From a virus: a stretch of 64,000 bases of DNA. Positions within the stretch are counted from its first letter, which is position 1. The number at the start of each line of letters is the position of its first letter. The notes under the pieces were generated by a model. It was given only the letters and a program-made list of their open reading frames with translations. It was not told the origin of the DNA and did not search any database. The stretch is taken from IMG/VR virus record IMGVR_UViG_3300036761_003779, positions 1 to 64,000 of that record. The stretch is one strand, 5' to 3'. The translations under genes were made by a program, and so were the position numbers. Below, piece after piece: positions 26,972 through 35,439 of the stretch.

Positions 26972-28369
26972 CTACTTGCTCTTGGACTTGGGGGGCTTCT
27001 TCCCGTACCGCTTGAAGACCGCCTCGGACATCCGGAGCGCCTCCTTGGCGACGTCCCCGCGGTAGATGTAGTTGTCCCGCCCGTAGTGGCGCCGCTTCCG
27101 CTCCTCCGGCGGGTAGAAGTCGCAGCCCTCCGCCAGGTCCTTCCCGAAGAAGCCGTCCTCCACGCAGAAGCAGACCCGGAAGCCCCGGAGCATGACGCTG
27201 ATGCGGCGGACGTGGTCGACGTCCCAGTACGAGGTGAACTGTTTGCTCACCGACTTGGTCCAGCCGTCCGGCATCTTCTCCGTGAGGACCTCGTTCAGCT
27301 TCTGCGCCTCGATCCCGTGGACGTCCGCCCCCCGCGCGGAGGCGGTCCGCCGGCGGGTCTCCGCCGCCTCGACCTCCTTGAGGAGGACGTCCTTCGTCTT
27401 CCGCGTGTTGTTGGCCGTGATGGCGATACCCAGCGACTTCGCCCTCGCCTGGATCTCCTCGAGCTTCATCTCCGGGTCCTCCTCTCCTTCGTCGTCCGAG
27501 ATTGCGGCGCCGCACGCCCAGCAGCGCTTCATGTCCCCGTCGATGGGCGCGTTGCAGCGCCCGCACACGTAGTCCAGCTCGCGCTCTCCGAGCTTCCCCA
27601 TCACCTCCTCGTAGGCCCCCCGGACCGTCCGCTCCGTCACGTCGACGTCGAGGACCTCCTTGGCCGACTCGCGGAGGGTCTGCAGGGAGAGGACTTTCCA
27701 CCGGGGTCCCTTCTCCGGGACCACTGCCGTCGCGTTCTCCATCAGTACCTCCTTCAGCTCATCACTAGACGAGATGAGGTCCCTCATGCGCCGCGCCGCG
27801 GAGGGGACCCGAAGCGCCCGGTTGCCAACAAGCGCCGGCGCGGGCAGCTCCCCGCTGAGGAGCTGAACGAGCAGCGCCAGCGCCTCCCCGGAGATCCGCG
27901 CCTCCGCCCGCCGGAGGAGGTCGGAGAGGATGAGCCGCTCCTCCTGCCCCTCGTCCGCCTGCTCCGGAAGCTCCTCGACCACGATCTCCTCCGGCCGGAG
28001 GAGGCGCCGCGCCGCCCGCCGCATCGCCATCCGGGCGGAGATCTCCACGAAGGTCTCGATGCCGACCAGCTCCACCTCCCCGCGGACGCGGTGGACCTCC
28101 CGGGCGTGCGCCCGGAGGTCCCGCCGGTCGAGGAACGTCCGGCCGCAGACCGGACAGAAGTGGAGGAACCGCCGCGCGCTCCGGGAGAGGGAGAGGAGCC
28201 CCTCCACCCGGAGGTCGTCCAGGTCCGCGGTCGGGGCAAGGTTCGTGAAGCGGTTGAGCGCCTCGAGCCCCGCCCGGCGGAGCCACGGTTCGTACTCATG
28301 GGCAACCAGATTGAAGTTGAAATCCGTTGGGTTGGCACGATACTGGAGCAGCGCGGACTCTCTCCTCAT
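26972..28369 (-). CDS. Sigma70-like protein with an inserted C2H2 zinc finger and a C-terminal zinc-ribbon region
   Basis: DLDDLRVEGLLSL..ARRF / IETFVEISARMAMRR resemble sigma region 2; CPVC..H...VH; CGRC..CWAC. Confidence 0.55.
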   Translation of the reverse strand: MRRESALLQYRANPTDFNFNLVAHEYEPWLRRAGLEALNRFTNLAPTADLDDLRVEGLLSLSRSARRFLHFCPVCGRTFLDRRDLRAHAREVHRVRGEVELVGIETFVEISARMAMRRAARRLLRPEEIVVEELPEQADEGQEERLILSDLLRRAEARISGEALALLVQLLSGELPAPALVGNRALRVPSAARRMRDLISSSDELKEVLMENATAVVPEKGPRWKVLSLQTLRESAKEVLDVDVTERTVRGAYEEVMGKLGERELDYVCGRCNAPIDGDMKRCWACGAAISDDEGEEDPEMKLEEIQARAKSLGIAITANNTRKTKDVLLKEVEAAETRRRTASARGADVHGIEAQKLNEVLTEKMPDGWTKSVSKQFTSYWDVDHVRRISVMLRGFRVCFCVEDGFFGKDLAEGCDFYPPEERKRRHYGRDNYIYRGDVAKEALRMSEAVFKRYGKKPPKSKSK

Positions 28370-28404
28370 GCGGCCTCCGGGGGGTGGGACGGGATAGGAT
28401 CTGG

Positions 28405-28433
28405 ACCCTAGCCGCATTCTTTCTCTGTGTAAA
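28405..28433 (-). promoter_or_regulatory. Sigma70-like promoter with a conserved spacer box
   Basis: TTTACA-17 bp-TAGGGT; spacer contains GAGAAAGAAT. Confidence 0.55.
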
Positions 28434-28452
28434 GGGTAAAGTTGGAACATGC

Positions 28453-29175
28453 TCAAACCGTTATCTTTTCGCTCGTCGCAAGCACGCTCCGGACCGACGA
28501 CCCGTACCAGGCCGCGCCCGCCTTCGGGGGGACCCCGCGGGCGTTCAGCATGTCCGCGATCTTGTGGGAGGAGATCCCGTCCGCCCGCGCCGCCCGCATC
28601 TCCTCGAGGACCGCCGCCTCCGCCGGGTCCGGGAGCAGCCGGTCCCCCTCCCGCCGGAAGCCGAAGGGCGTCCGCCCGAAGACCCGGCCGGTCGCCCGGC
28701 AGCGCGCCGTCGCGTCCCGGCAGCGGGCGGAGATCATCTCCCGCTCCATCTCCGCCATGGCGGCGAGGATGGTCATCGTGAACCGCCCGTGCGGCGTCGA
28801 CGTGTCCATCTGCTCCCGGACGGAGACGAAGCCGCGCCCGGCCCGGGCCAGGTCGGAGACCACGGTCAGGAAGTCGAGGGTGGAGCGGCTCAGCCGGTCG
28901 ATGGCGTAGACGATCAGGGCGTCCGCCTCCCCATCCAGGACCGCCTCGAGCGCCCGGCGGAGCGCCGGCCGCTCCAGGTTCTTCCCGGAGAGCCCGGCGT
29001 CCACCTCGACGCGGAGGAGGTCCGCGTCCGTCAGCGCCGCGTAGGCGCGGAGCTTCTCCTGCTGATCCCCGAGAGAGACCCCGCCGCGCGCCTGCTCCTC
29101 CGTCGACACCCGGGCGTAGCCGATCAGGCGGGTCCGCCCCTCCGGGCGGAGCATCTTCGTCCGTGGCCGCGCCAT
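28453..29175 (-). CDS. Serine recombinase (resolvase domain plus short recombinase domain)
   Basis: IGYARVSTEEQ, DAGLSG...RPAL, DRLSR, E.ER..IS.R, PFGF. Confidence 0.92.
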   Translation of the reverse strand: MARPRTKMLRPEGRTRLIGYARVSTEEQARGGVSLGDQQEKLRAYAALTDADLLRVEVDAGLSGKNLERPALRRALEAVLDGEADALIVYAIDRLSRSTLDFLTVVSDLARAGRGFVSVREQMDTSTPHGRFTMTILAAMAEMEREMISARCRDATARCRATGRVFGRTPFGFRREGDRLLPDPAEAAVLEEMRAARADGISSHKIADMLNARGVPPKAGAAWYGSSVRSVLATSEKITV

Positions 29176-29402
29176 CAGAGCACCTCCAGGACCGCGAAGA
29201 GGGGGACCTTGACGGAGAGCCGGCCGGTCGCGCAGGCGTTGACCGCGTTCGCGGCGAACCAGGCCAGGCGCTCCGCGTCGACCACCAGGACGCGGAGGGT
29301 CACGCGGTTGACCTTCTGGATCTGGCAGCGGCCCCAGAAGTTCACCAGGATCTCCGCCCCCGTCTTGAGCGCCTTCAGCTCCTCCACCGTCGGCTTCGCC
29401 AT
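29175..29402 (-). CDS. Hypothetical small protein
   Basis: AAGGAG RBS; directly downstream of a promoter. Confidence 0.7.
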   Translation of the reverse strand: MAKPTVEELKALKTGAEILVNFWGRCQIQKVNRVTLRVLVVDAERLAWFAANAVNACATGRLSVKVPLFAVLEVL

Positions 29403-29426
29403 GTTGTTCTCCTTGTTCACCCTTAC

Positions 29427-29454
29427 ATCTTAGCTTCGAGAAAGAATCTGTACA
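29427..29454 (-). promoter_or_regulatory. Sigma70-like promoter with a conserved spacer box
   Basis: TGTACA-16 bp-TAAGAT; near-copy at 31021-31048. Confidence 0.65.
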
Positions 29455-29460
29455 GGGGTA

Positions 29461-29496
29461 AAATGAGGGGGAGGCGTTTTTTTTCGCCTCCCCCTC
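29461..29496 (-). terminator. Intrinsic terminator after the UvrD helicase
   Basis: Perfect 12-bp stem GAGGGGGAGGCG/CGCCTCCCCCTC, 8-nt loop, followed by ATTTT on the minus strand. Confidence 0.7.
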
Positions 29497-29508
29497 CCGG
29501 CCTCCCGG

Positions 29509-30978
29509 TCAGCGGACGTAGACCAGCTCGGCCCGCGCGCGGGTGATGGCAACGTACAGGCAGTTGCTCTCCTGCCCGCCCTCCCGGAAGGAGTCCCGGA
29601 GGAGCCACACGCGGTCCCGCTCGAGCCCCTTGGCGCGGTGGGCGGTGGAGAGGGTCACGCGGGAGGCGTCGTCCGTGTCCGAGAACAGCTCCTCCAGGCG
29701 GGTCTTCAGCTCCGCCGTGGTCTCCGCCTCCGGGGCCAGGGCGCGGAGGCAGGCGCAGCGGTCCGAGAGCGCCTCGATCAGGCTCATCTCCGCGTCCGCG
29801 GAGATGAGCTTCTCGCGCTCCCGGTCCTCGTACGCCTCGAGCCAGTCCATCAGGTCCGCCGTGGTGGCGCACTTCGACTTCTCGACCATCCCGAGGATCT
29901 GGCCGAGGACGTCCCGCCCCTGGATGGCGGCCGGGATCCGGTTCCGGAGGAGGTCGAGGCAGATGGGGAGGAGCGGCGCGTTGGCGCGGCAGATGACGAA
30001 GTCGCCGCGGCGGACCTCCGCCAGCATCTTGGCGGCGGTCGAGTCCCGGACAATCCCGACCGGGTTCGAGGCGTCCGCCTCGTAGTCCGGGACCAGGCGC
30101 TTGGCCTCCGCGACGATGGAGGTCCCGCAGCGGTAGGTGCGGGGGAGGAGGAGGGTCCGGGCGTTCAGCTCGGAGACCATCCGGCCGAGGAAGCCGGAGT
30201 CCGCCGCGCGCCAGCCGTAAATGGCCTGGCGGTCGTCGCCGACGGCGATGAGCTGTCCGCCCCGCCTCACGCTCTTGCGGGCCAGCTCGAGCTGGGAGGG
30301 GTTCATGTCCTGCGCCTCGTCCACCACCACCAGGTCGTGCTGCCAGGGGGTGAGGCCGAAGTGGTGGGGGAACCAGAGCTGGTCGTCGAAGTCCACCTTC
30401 GAGCGGTCCGCGGCGGAGACCTCCATGGCCCGGGCGGCGAGCCGCGCGAGCGCCTCGATCTCCGCGTCCTCGTCCGCCACCCCGTAGCGGCGCCCCAGCT
30501 CCTCGATGGCGGCGAGGTCCGCGGGGTCCGTCAGGGTGATCTTGGCCAGCGTCGCCAGGCGCTGGACCTTCCCCTCCGGGCTGATGACCTTCTCCGCGGC
30601 CGCCGCCAGCTGCCGGCACGCCTCCCACGCCGCGTCCCGCCCCTTCTTGGCGTCGACCTCGATCCCCTTCCCCCACGCCTTCTTCACGGTGGCCAGGCCG
30701 ACGGAGTTCAGGGTCTTGGCGGAGGCGGTCTTCCAGTCCAGCCCGGCCTCCTGCAGCCGCTGGTCCAGCTCCTTGGCGTTCTTCACGTTGAAGGCGCAGG
30801 TGAGGACCTTCCGGGAGGCGTTCTTCCGGCAGTACCGGATGACCGCCTCGATGACCGTGGTGGTCTTGCCCGTCCCCGCGCGGGCGAGGATGACGAGGTC
30901 CCGGCGGACCGCGTGGATGGTCTCGACCGCCGTGAAAATGGCCTCCTGGTAGGTGCTCCAGCTCTTCGTCGTCTTCAT
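29509..30978 (-). CDS. UvrD/Rep-like SF1 helicase
   Basis: ARAGTGKTT, AFN, VVDEAQD, VGDDRQAIYGWR, TYRC, STAHRAKGLE, YVAITRA. Confidence 0.93.
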   Translation of the reverse strand: MKTTKSWSTYQEAIFTAVETIHAVRRDLVILARAGTGKTTTVIEAVIRYCRKNASRKVLTCAFNVKNAKELDQRLQEAGLDWKTASAKTLNSVGLATVKKAWGKGIEVDAKKGRDAAWEACRQLAAAAEKVISPEGKVQRLATLAKITLTDPADLAAIEELGRRYGVADEDAEIEALARLAARAMEVSAADRSKVDFDDQLWFPHHFGLTPWQHDLVVVDEAQDMNPSQLELARKSVRRGGQLIAVGDDRQAIYGWRAADSGFLGRMVSELNARTLLLPRTYRCGTSIVAEAKRLVPDYEADASNPVGIVRDSTAAKMLAEVRRGDFVICRANAPLLPICLDLLRNRIPAAIQGRDVLGQILGMVEKSKCATTADLMDWLEAYEDREREKLISADAEMSLIEALSDRCACLRALAPEAETTAELKTRLEELFSDTDDASRVTLSTAHRAKGLERDRVWLLRDSFREGGQESNCLYVAITRARAELVYVR

Positions 30979-31020
30979 GGTCGGCTCCTTTTTGGGACTC
31001 CGAGTTGTGCTCACATCCTC

Positions 31021-31048
31021 ATCTTAGCATAGGGAAAGAATCTGTCCA
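31021..31048 (-). promoter_or_regulatory. Sigma70-like promoter with a conserved spacer box
   Basis: TGGACA-16 bp-TAAGAT with extended -10 TG. Confidence 0.65.
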
Positions 31049-31112
31049 TCAGAAAAGCGCAGGTGGAGGCACTTTGTATCCGCCGGCTCGATAGACCTGG
31101 GATGAGGGGAGG

Positions 31113-31340
31113 TTAGGAGCGGCCGCGAATGGGCGTCTCGAGGTAGGACACGGCGTCGGCGGAGAGGATCCACCACCGCCGGCTCACCGGGTCCTGATGA
31201 GCGCGGAGCTTCCCGGCGCGGATGTCGTAGAGGACCGCCACGCGGGAGACCCCCCGGAGGCGCGCCACCTCCGGGATGCTGAAGAAGTTGCGGATCGGGA
31301 CGCGCCGCGCCACCGCCCCGCCTGCCTGCGTTGCCATCAT
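31113..31340 (-). CDS. Excisionase/MerR-like HTH DNA-binding protein
   Basis: SIPEVARLRGVSRVAVLYDIRAGKLRA...RWWI. Confidence 0.75.
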   Translation of the reverse strand: MMATQAGGAVARRVPIRNFFSIPEVARLRGVSRVAVLYDIRAGKLRAHQDPVSRRWWILSADAVSYLETPIRGRS

Positions 31341-32470
31341 CTCACCCTCCTGCTCCGGAACCGGACCGCCAGCCGCTTCCGCTCCTCCGGCGGCCGGAGC
31401 GCCTCGAGGAGCGCCCCCTCGGGGGCGTCCCCCGGGTCCGTCCCCGCCGGGAGCGGCCGGAACTCGACCCGGGCCCAGGGGGACAGGTGCTCCTCTATGG
31501 TACTCCATAGAGTTTTACCACCCTCATCCCCGTCCGCCACGTGGATGACGACCGGGACCCCCCGGAGGCGCCGCGCCTGCTTGGGGTAGATCCGGCCGCC
31601 GAGGACCGCGACAACGTTCCCCGGCGAGACCGGGGAAACGCCCGGCTCCCGGAGGAGGAGCGCCCGGACCCGCTCCGCGTCGAAGATGCCCTCGACCAGC
31701 GCCGCCGGCCGGGAGGCGTCGATCCCGTCCGGCGCCCAGAGGACCCCGGCGTCCTTGACGAAGGGGAGCCCGGGGCAGTAGCGCCCCTTCAGCTTGGACG
31801 GAACTTTGAAGATCGAGCGGACGTACCAGTTGACCGCGCGCCCGCCCTCCCGGATGGGGAACAGGATCCCCGGGACCGTCCGGGCGAGGCAGGCCACGTC
31901 CCCCGCGGCGGAGACCGCCCGGAGGTCCAGCTCCGCGGCCCGGTCCGCGGAGATGCCCCGCCGCTCCAGGTAGGCGAGGAACTCCGGGCGCGCCCCCGCG
32001 ACCGGCCGGTTTGGCGGCCAGGTCAGCTCGCGCCAGTCCGGCGGCCGGACCGCCGCCGCGCGCCGGGAAAGCGCCTCCTCGAGCGCGGCCTCCCCGCTCC
32101 CGTCCTCCCGGACGTACTCCGCCCGGAGCCAGGCAAGCGCGGCCGCGCGCTCCTCCTCCCGCGGCCCGCGGTCCCAGACCTCGCCCCGGCAGCGGGCCAC
32201 GAGATCCGCGAAGTCGAGCCCCTTCAGCGGCCCGCCCGGGTGGCTCCAGCAGTTGAACCAGCCGAGCCGCGCGCGCCCCTCCCCGTCCGTGACGTCCTCC
32301 ACGCAGACGTGGAAGGAGGGGTTGCTCTCCCGGTGCTCCGGGTCCGGGCACTCGAGGTAGGCGTCCGACCCGTTCCGGTAGGCGATGACCATGCCAAGGT
32401 CCGCCAGGACCTCCTCCAGGTCGAGCCGGCGGAGGAGCCGCTGCGTCCGCTGGATGTCCCGCTGGCTCAC
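31337..32470 (-). CDS. DNA primase (CHC2-like Zn finger plus Toprim)
   Basis: CP...H.E.NPSF..FNCWSH; YL..RGI; LVEGIFDA; DGDEGG. Confidence 0.88.
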   Translation of the reverse strand: MSQRDIQRTQRLLRRLDLEEVLADLGMVIAYRNGSDAYLECPDPEHRESNPSFHVCVEDVTDGEGRARLGWFNCWSHPGGPLKGLDFADLVARCRGEVWDRGPREEERAAALAWLRAEYVREDGSGEAALEEALSRRAAAVRPPDWRELTWPPNRPVAGARPEFLAYLERRGISADRAAELDLRAVSAAGDVACLARTVPGILFPIREGGRAVNWYVRSIFKVPSKLKGRYCPGLPFVKDAGVLWAPDGIDASRPAALVEGIFDAERVRALLLREPGVSPVSPGNVVAVLGGRIYPKQARRLRGVPVVIHVADGDEGGKTLWSTIEEHLSPWARVEFRPLPAGTDPGDAPEGALLEALRPPEERKRLAVRFRSRRVR

Positions 32471-34788
32471 TTGCGCCCGTCGAAGTCGGTCGTGTGCGCG
32501 CCGACGCGGCAGATCTTAGGGTCGAAGAGGAAGCCCGCCGTCAGGTTCTGCGGCCCGCGCCGCTGCTTGGCGACCTTGACCTCCATCACGTCCTCGTCCG
32601 CGCTCTCCGGGTCGTAGTATTTCGAGCGGTGGAGGAGGAGGATCAGGTCCCCCACCTCCTCGTAGCCGCCGGAGTTCTTCAGCTCGTCTAGCCGCGGCCG
32701 CGGGTTCCGGGTCCGCTTGATGCGCCGGATCTGCTGGACCACGACTGCGCAGAACTTCCGCCGCTTCCCGAGCTTCTTGAGGCGCCGGAGGGCGTCCGTC
32801 ACCTCCGCGGGTTTGAGCTCACCCTGGAGGAGGTACTCAAAGAGGTCCAGGATGACGACGTCGAAGTCGTCCTCCTCCACGCGCATCTCCAGGTCGTCGA
32901 GGGAGGAGACCTCGTCGTCGAAGGTCACCAGCCCCGAGTCGAGGATCGCCCGGGCGGACCGCTCCATCCGGAAGACCTCCTCGTCCGTCAGCTGGTCCGG
33001 GGTCTTCACCAGCTTCTCCGCCTCCACCTTCGCGTTCGCGCAGAGCATCTGGTCGACGACGGAGGCGGTCCCCGCCTCCACCGGGCAGTTCAGGACGCGC
33101 CGGCCGGCGAGGACCTGCCGGAGCGTCAGATTGGAGCAGAAGGTGCTGTTATGAGTGGGGATCATCCCTTCCCCCGCAAGGTACACCCCATCCGGAGCGT
33201 CTACCTCGATGCAGCGCACCGGGACGCTCTCCACTGGCTCGATCATCTTTACGAAGCGCCGCTGTCTGCGCGGGGAGCGGTACGACTCGAAGTGGTTCTG
33301 CTTCCGCCCCAACTTGAAGAGGTCCCCGCGATCCAGCGAGAACCACATCCGGTAAGAAACGCTCGTCTCCGGGCATCTCCCCTTCACGGCTCGCTCCCCG
33401 GTTCCAACCCGGTAACCGAGGGAGCGAACTAACTGTAGGGCGTCAAGGAAGAGGGCGCGGTTACAGAGGTCCAGTCGAACGGTCCGCCCGTAGTTCTCAA
33501 CGTACCCGTCGGTGTCTAGGAGCCCCGCCAGAAGCTCCCTCCGCTGCAGCTCTGACGCCCTGAGGTAGAGCTGCGGGATGTGTTTGTTCCCCAGGAGCCC
33601 CGCCTCACGCAGCTTCTTCTTCAGCCCAATGACGTTATACGCTCTGAAATTTCTCCTGCTCCAGCTGCTAACCCTCACCTCATACCCGTCCAGCTCCACC
33701 CGCCTGGGGATCTCCGGATCCTCGGAACCAAACCGCCCATCCGCGGCGCCCCCGTCCCCGAGCCATACCCCAAGGGTGTACGGTTCGATCGGAAGCATGA
33801 CTTCCGGCAGGTCCAGCGGCGGGAAAGGTTCCACGGAGTGGTTTAGTCGATCGTCTTGGTTCACCCGGAGCGTCCGCGCAAGCTCTACCGTCGTCCGCAC
33901 CGATCCACTCCCCCCTCCCTTCCGCTCCCGGTCGGTTCGGGTGAGCCAGAGGTGCTCGGCGTCCGCCACGAGCGAGGACCCGTCCGAGAAGACCACCCGG
34001 AAGCATGGCCTCCGAAGGAGGACCTCCCCGACCTTACGCACGGAGCGCCGCCTACCATCCGAACCAAAGACGGTCTCGCCGACGGAGATGGAACCCATCT
34101 CCACCCAACCGGCGGGCGTCGGGATCTTGGTGTCCAGCGCCAGCGCCTTGCCCATCCCCGGGCGCGCCGCCAGGACGACGAGGTCCCCGGGCTTGAGGCC
34201 CGCGTACAGGTGCTCGTCCAGGCCCGTGAAGCGGAGCGGGACGAACCGCGGTGACTTCCCGGACCGGGACTCCTCGAGGTCCGCCATCCACTCCGCGTGG
34301 AGCGCCCTCCCCTTCTTGACCCGCGTCGCGGAGGAGCCGGCGTCCCGGAGCTTCTTGACGATGGAGAGGGCGTGTCCCTGCGCCTCCTCCAGCCCGGCGT
34401 TCGGGTCGTCCATCGAGGCGTAGAGGGAGGCGAAGTCCTCCCCGGCGGAGAACTTGGCCGCGTCGCGGCGGAGCTGGTCCAGGTGAATCGACAGGTTCTC
34501 CGGCGGGAGCGGCTCGAACTGCTCCTCGAGCTTCCGGAGGTAGGCGAGGTCGACCTCCCCGGCCCCCAGCTGAACAACGCTGTCCGCCGCGTAGGAGGCG
34601 CCCCGCTTCCGGAGTTCCCGGAGCGCGGCCGCGATGGCGCGGTGCCGCGGGTGGTTGAACAGCTCCGGCCGGAGGGCGCCCGCCTCCCGCTGGAAGGCCG
34701 CCGGGTCCCGGACGAGGGCGCCGAGGACCACCTGCTCGTTGTCCACGTTCACGTCGATTAGGAGCGTCCCGGAGTCCCGCTTGCTCAC
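32467..34788 (-). CDS. dnaB: DnaB-like replicative helicase containing an intein
   Basis: EQVVLGAL; LAARPGMGK|intein|STF; VILD; QQIRR; PRLDELKNSG..EE.GD..LLLHR; KQRRG. Confidence 0.9.
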   Translation of the reverse strand: MSKRDSGTLLIDVNVDNEQVVLGALVRDPAAFQREAGALRPELFNHPRHRAIAAALRELRKRGASYAADSVVQLGAGEVDLAYLRKLEEQFEPLPPENLSIHLDQLRRDAAKFSAGEDFASLYASMDDPNAGLEEAQGHALSIVKKLRDAGSSATRVKKGRALHAEWMADLEESRSGKSPRFVPLRFTGLDEHLYAGLKPGDLVVLAARPGMGKALALDTKIPTPAGWVEMGSISVGETVFGSDGRRRSVRKVGEVLLRRPCFRVVFSDGSSLVADAEHLWLTRTDRERKGGGSGSVRTTVELARTLRVNQDDRLNHSVEPFPPLDLPEVMLPIEPYTLGVWLGDGGAADGRFGSEDPEIPRRVELDGYEVRVSSWSRRNFRAYNVIGLKKKLREAGLLGNKHIPQLYLRASELQRRELLAGLLDTDGYVENYGRTVRLDLCNRALFLDALQLVRSLGYRVGTGERAVKGRCPETSVSYRMWFSLDRGDLFKLGRKQNHFESYRSPRRQRRFVKMIEPVESVPVRCIEVDAPDGVYLAGEGMIPTHNSTFCSNLTLRQVLAGRRVLNCPVEAGTASVVDQMLCANAKVEAEKLVKTPDQLTDEEVFRMERSARAILDSGLVTFDDEVSSLDDLEMRVEEDDFDVVILDLFEYLLQGELKPAEVTDALRRLKKLGKRRKFCAVVVQQIRRIKRTRNPRPRLDELKNSGGYEEVGDLILLLHRSKYYDPESADEDVMEVKVAKQRRGPQNLTAGFLFDPKICRVGAHTTDFDGRK
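33148..34146 (-). mobile_element. Class 3 intein with LAGLIDADG endonuclease in the DnaB P-loop (333 aa)
   Basis: Starts with Ala (ALALDT); HLW / VRCI / PTHN WCT triad; LGVWLGDG and LAGLLDTDG; +1 Ser. Confidence 0.9.
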
Positions 34789-35435
34789 GCGCCCCTCCTC
34801 GTCCCGCCGGTCAGGGCGGCCACCTCGAAGTAGCGGAGGAAGTCCCGGAAGCGCGGGGAGAGCCCCGGGAGCCGCTTGCCGGAGGCGTCCGCCTCCCCGT
34901 CCACGTTCCCCGTCAGGATGACGGACCGCTCGTCCTCCCAGCGCCGCTCCACGACGGACTCCACGAACTGCTCCTCCCCTCGGTAGCCGGCGACGCGCGC
35001 CACGTCGTCGATCAGGAGGAGGGAGCAGGAGTCGAGCCGGTCCCTGGTGGCGCTCCGACGCTCCTCGTCCTCCCCCTCCTCCTCCCGCCCGGAGAGGGAG
35101 CGGAAGCGGAGGTCCGCGAGCTGCGGCACCCGGATGAAGAGCGGCGAGAAGCCCGGCGGGCAGCGCCCGTCCGACGTGCCCAGGTACGCCTGGAGGAGGA
35201 GCCAGCAGGCGGCCCGGGTCTTCCCGCTCCCGAAGGGTCCGCTCAGGAGGAGGAAGACCGGCTCCGTCAGGAAGCGCCGGGAGCGGAGGGTCTCCCCGAT
35301 CGCGGCGATCTGGTCCAGCGCGGCGAGGTAGTCCCCGGAGGCGCCCGGTCGCATGCCGTCGAGGTCCAGGCGGGCGAACTTCCGCGGGCACGCCGTCCGC
35401 GGGAGGAACTTGCTAAGCTCGACCTCGCTCATCAT
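34785..35435 (-). CDS. DnaC/IstB-like helicase loader ATPase
   Basis: LSGPFGSGKT, LLLIDDV, ILTGN. Confidence 0.85.
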   Translation of the reverse strand: MMSEVELSKFLPRTACPRKFARLDLDGMRPGASGDYLAALDQIAAIGETLRSRRFLTEPVFLLLSGPFGSGKTRAACWLLLQAYLGTSDGRCPPGFSPLFIRVPQLADLRFRSLSGREEEGEDEERRSATRDRLDSCSLLLIDDVARVAGYRGEEQFVESVVERRWEDERSVILTGNVDGEADASGKRLPGLSPRFRDFLRYFEVAALTGGTRRGA

Positions 35436-35439
35436 CCGG

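Noticed and set aside
34789-35391. N-terminal extension of DnaB in the ORF track
   Set aside because: Overlaps the DnaC-like gene; the real start is probably the GTG at 34788
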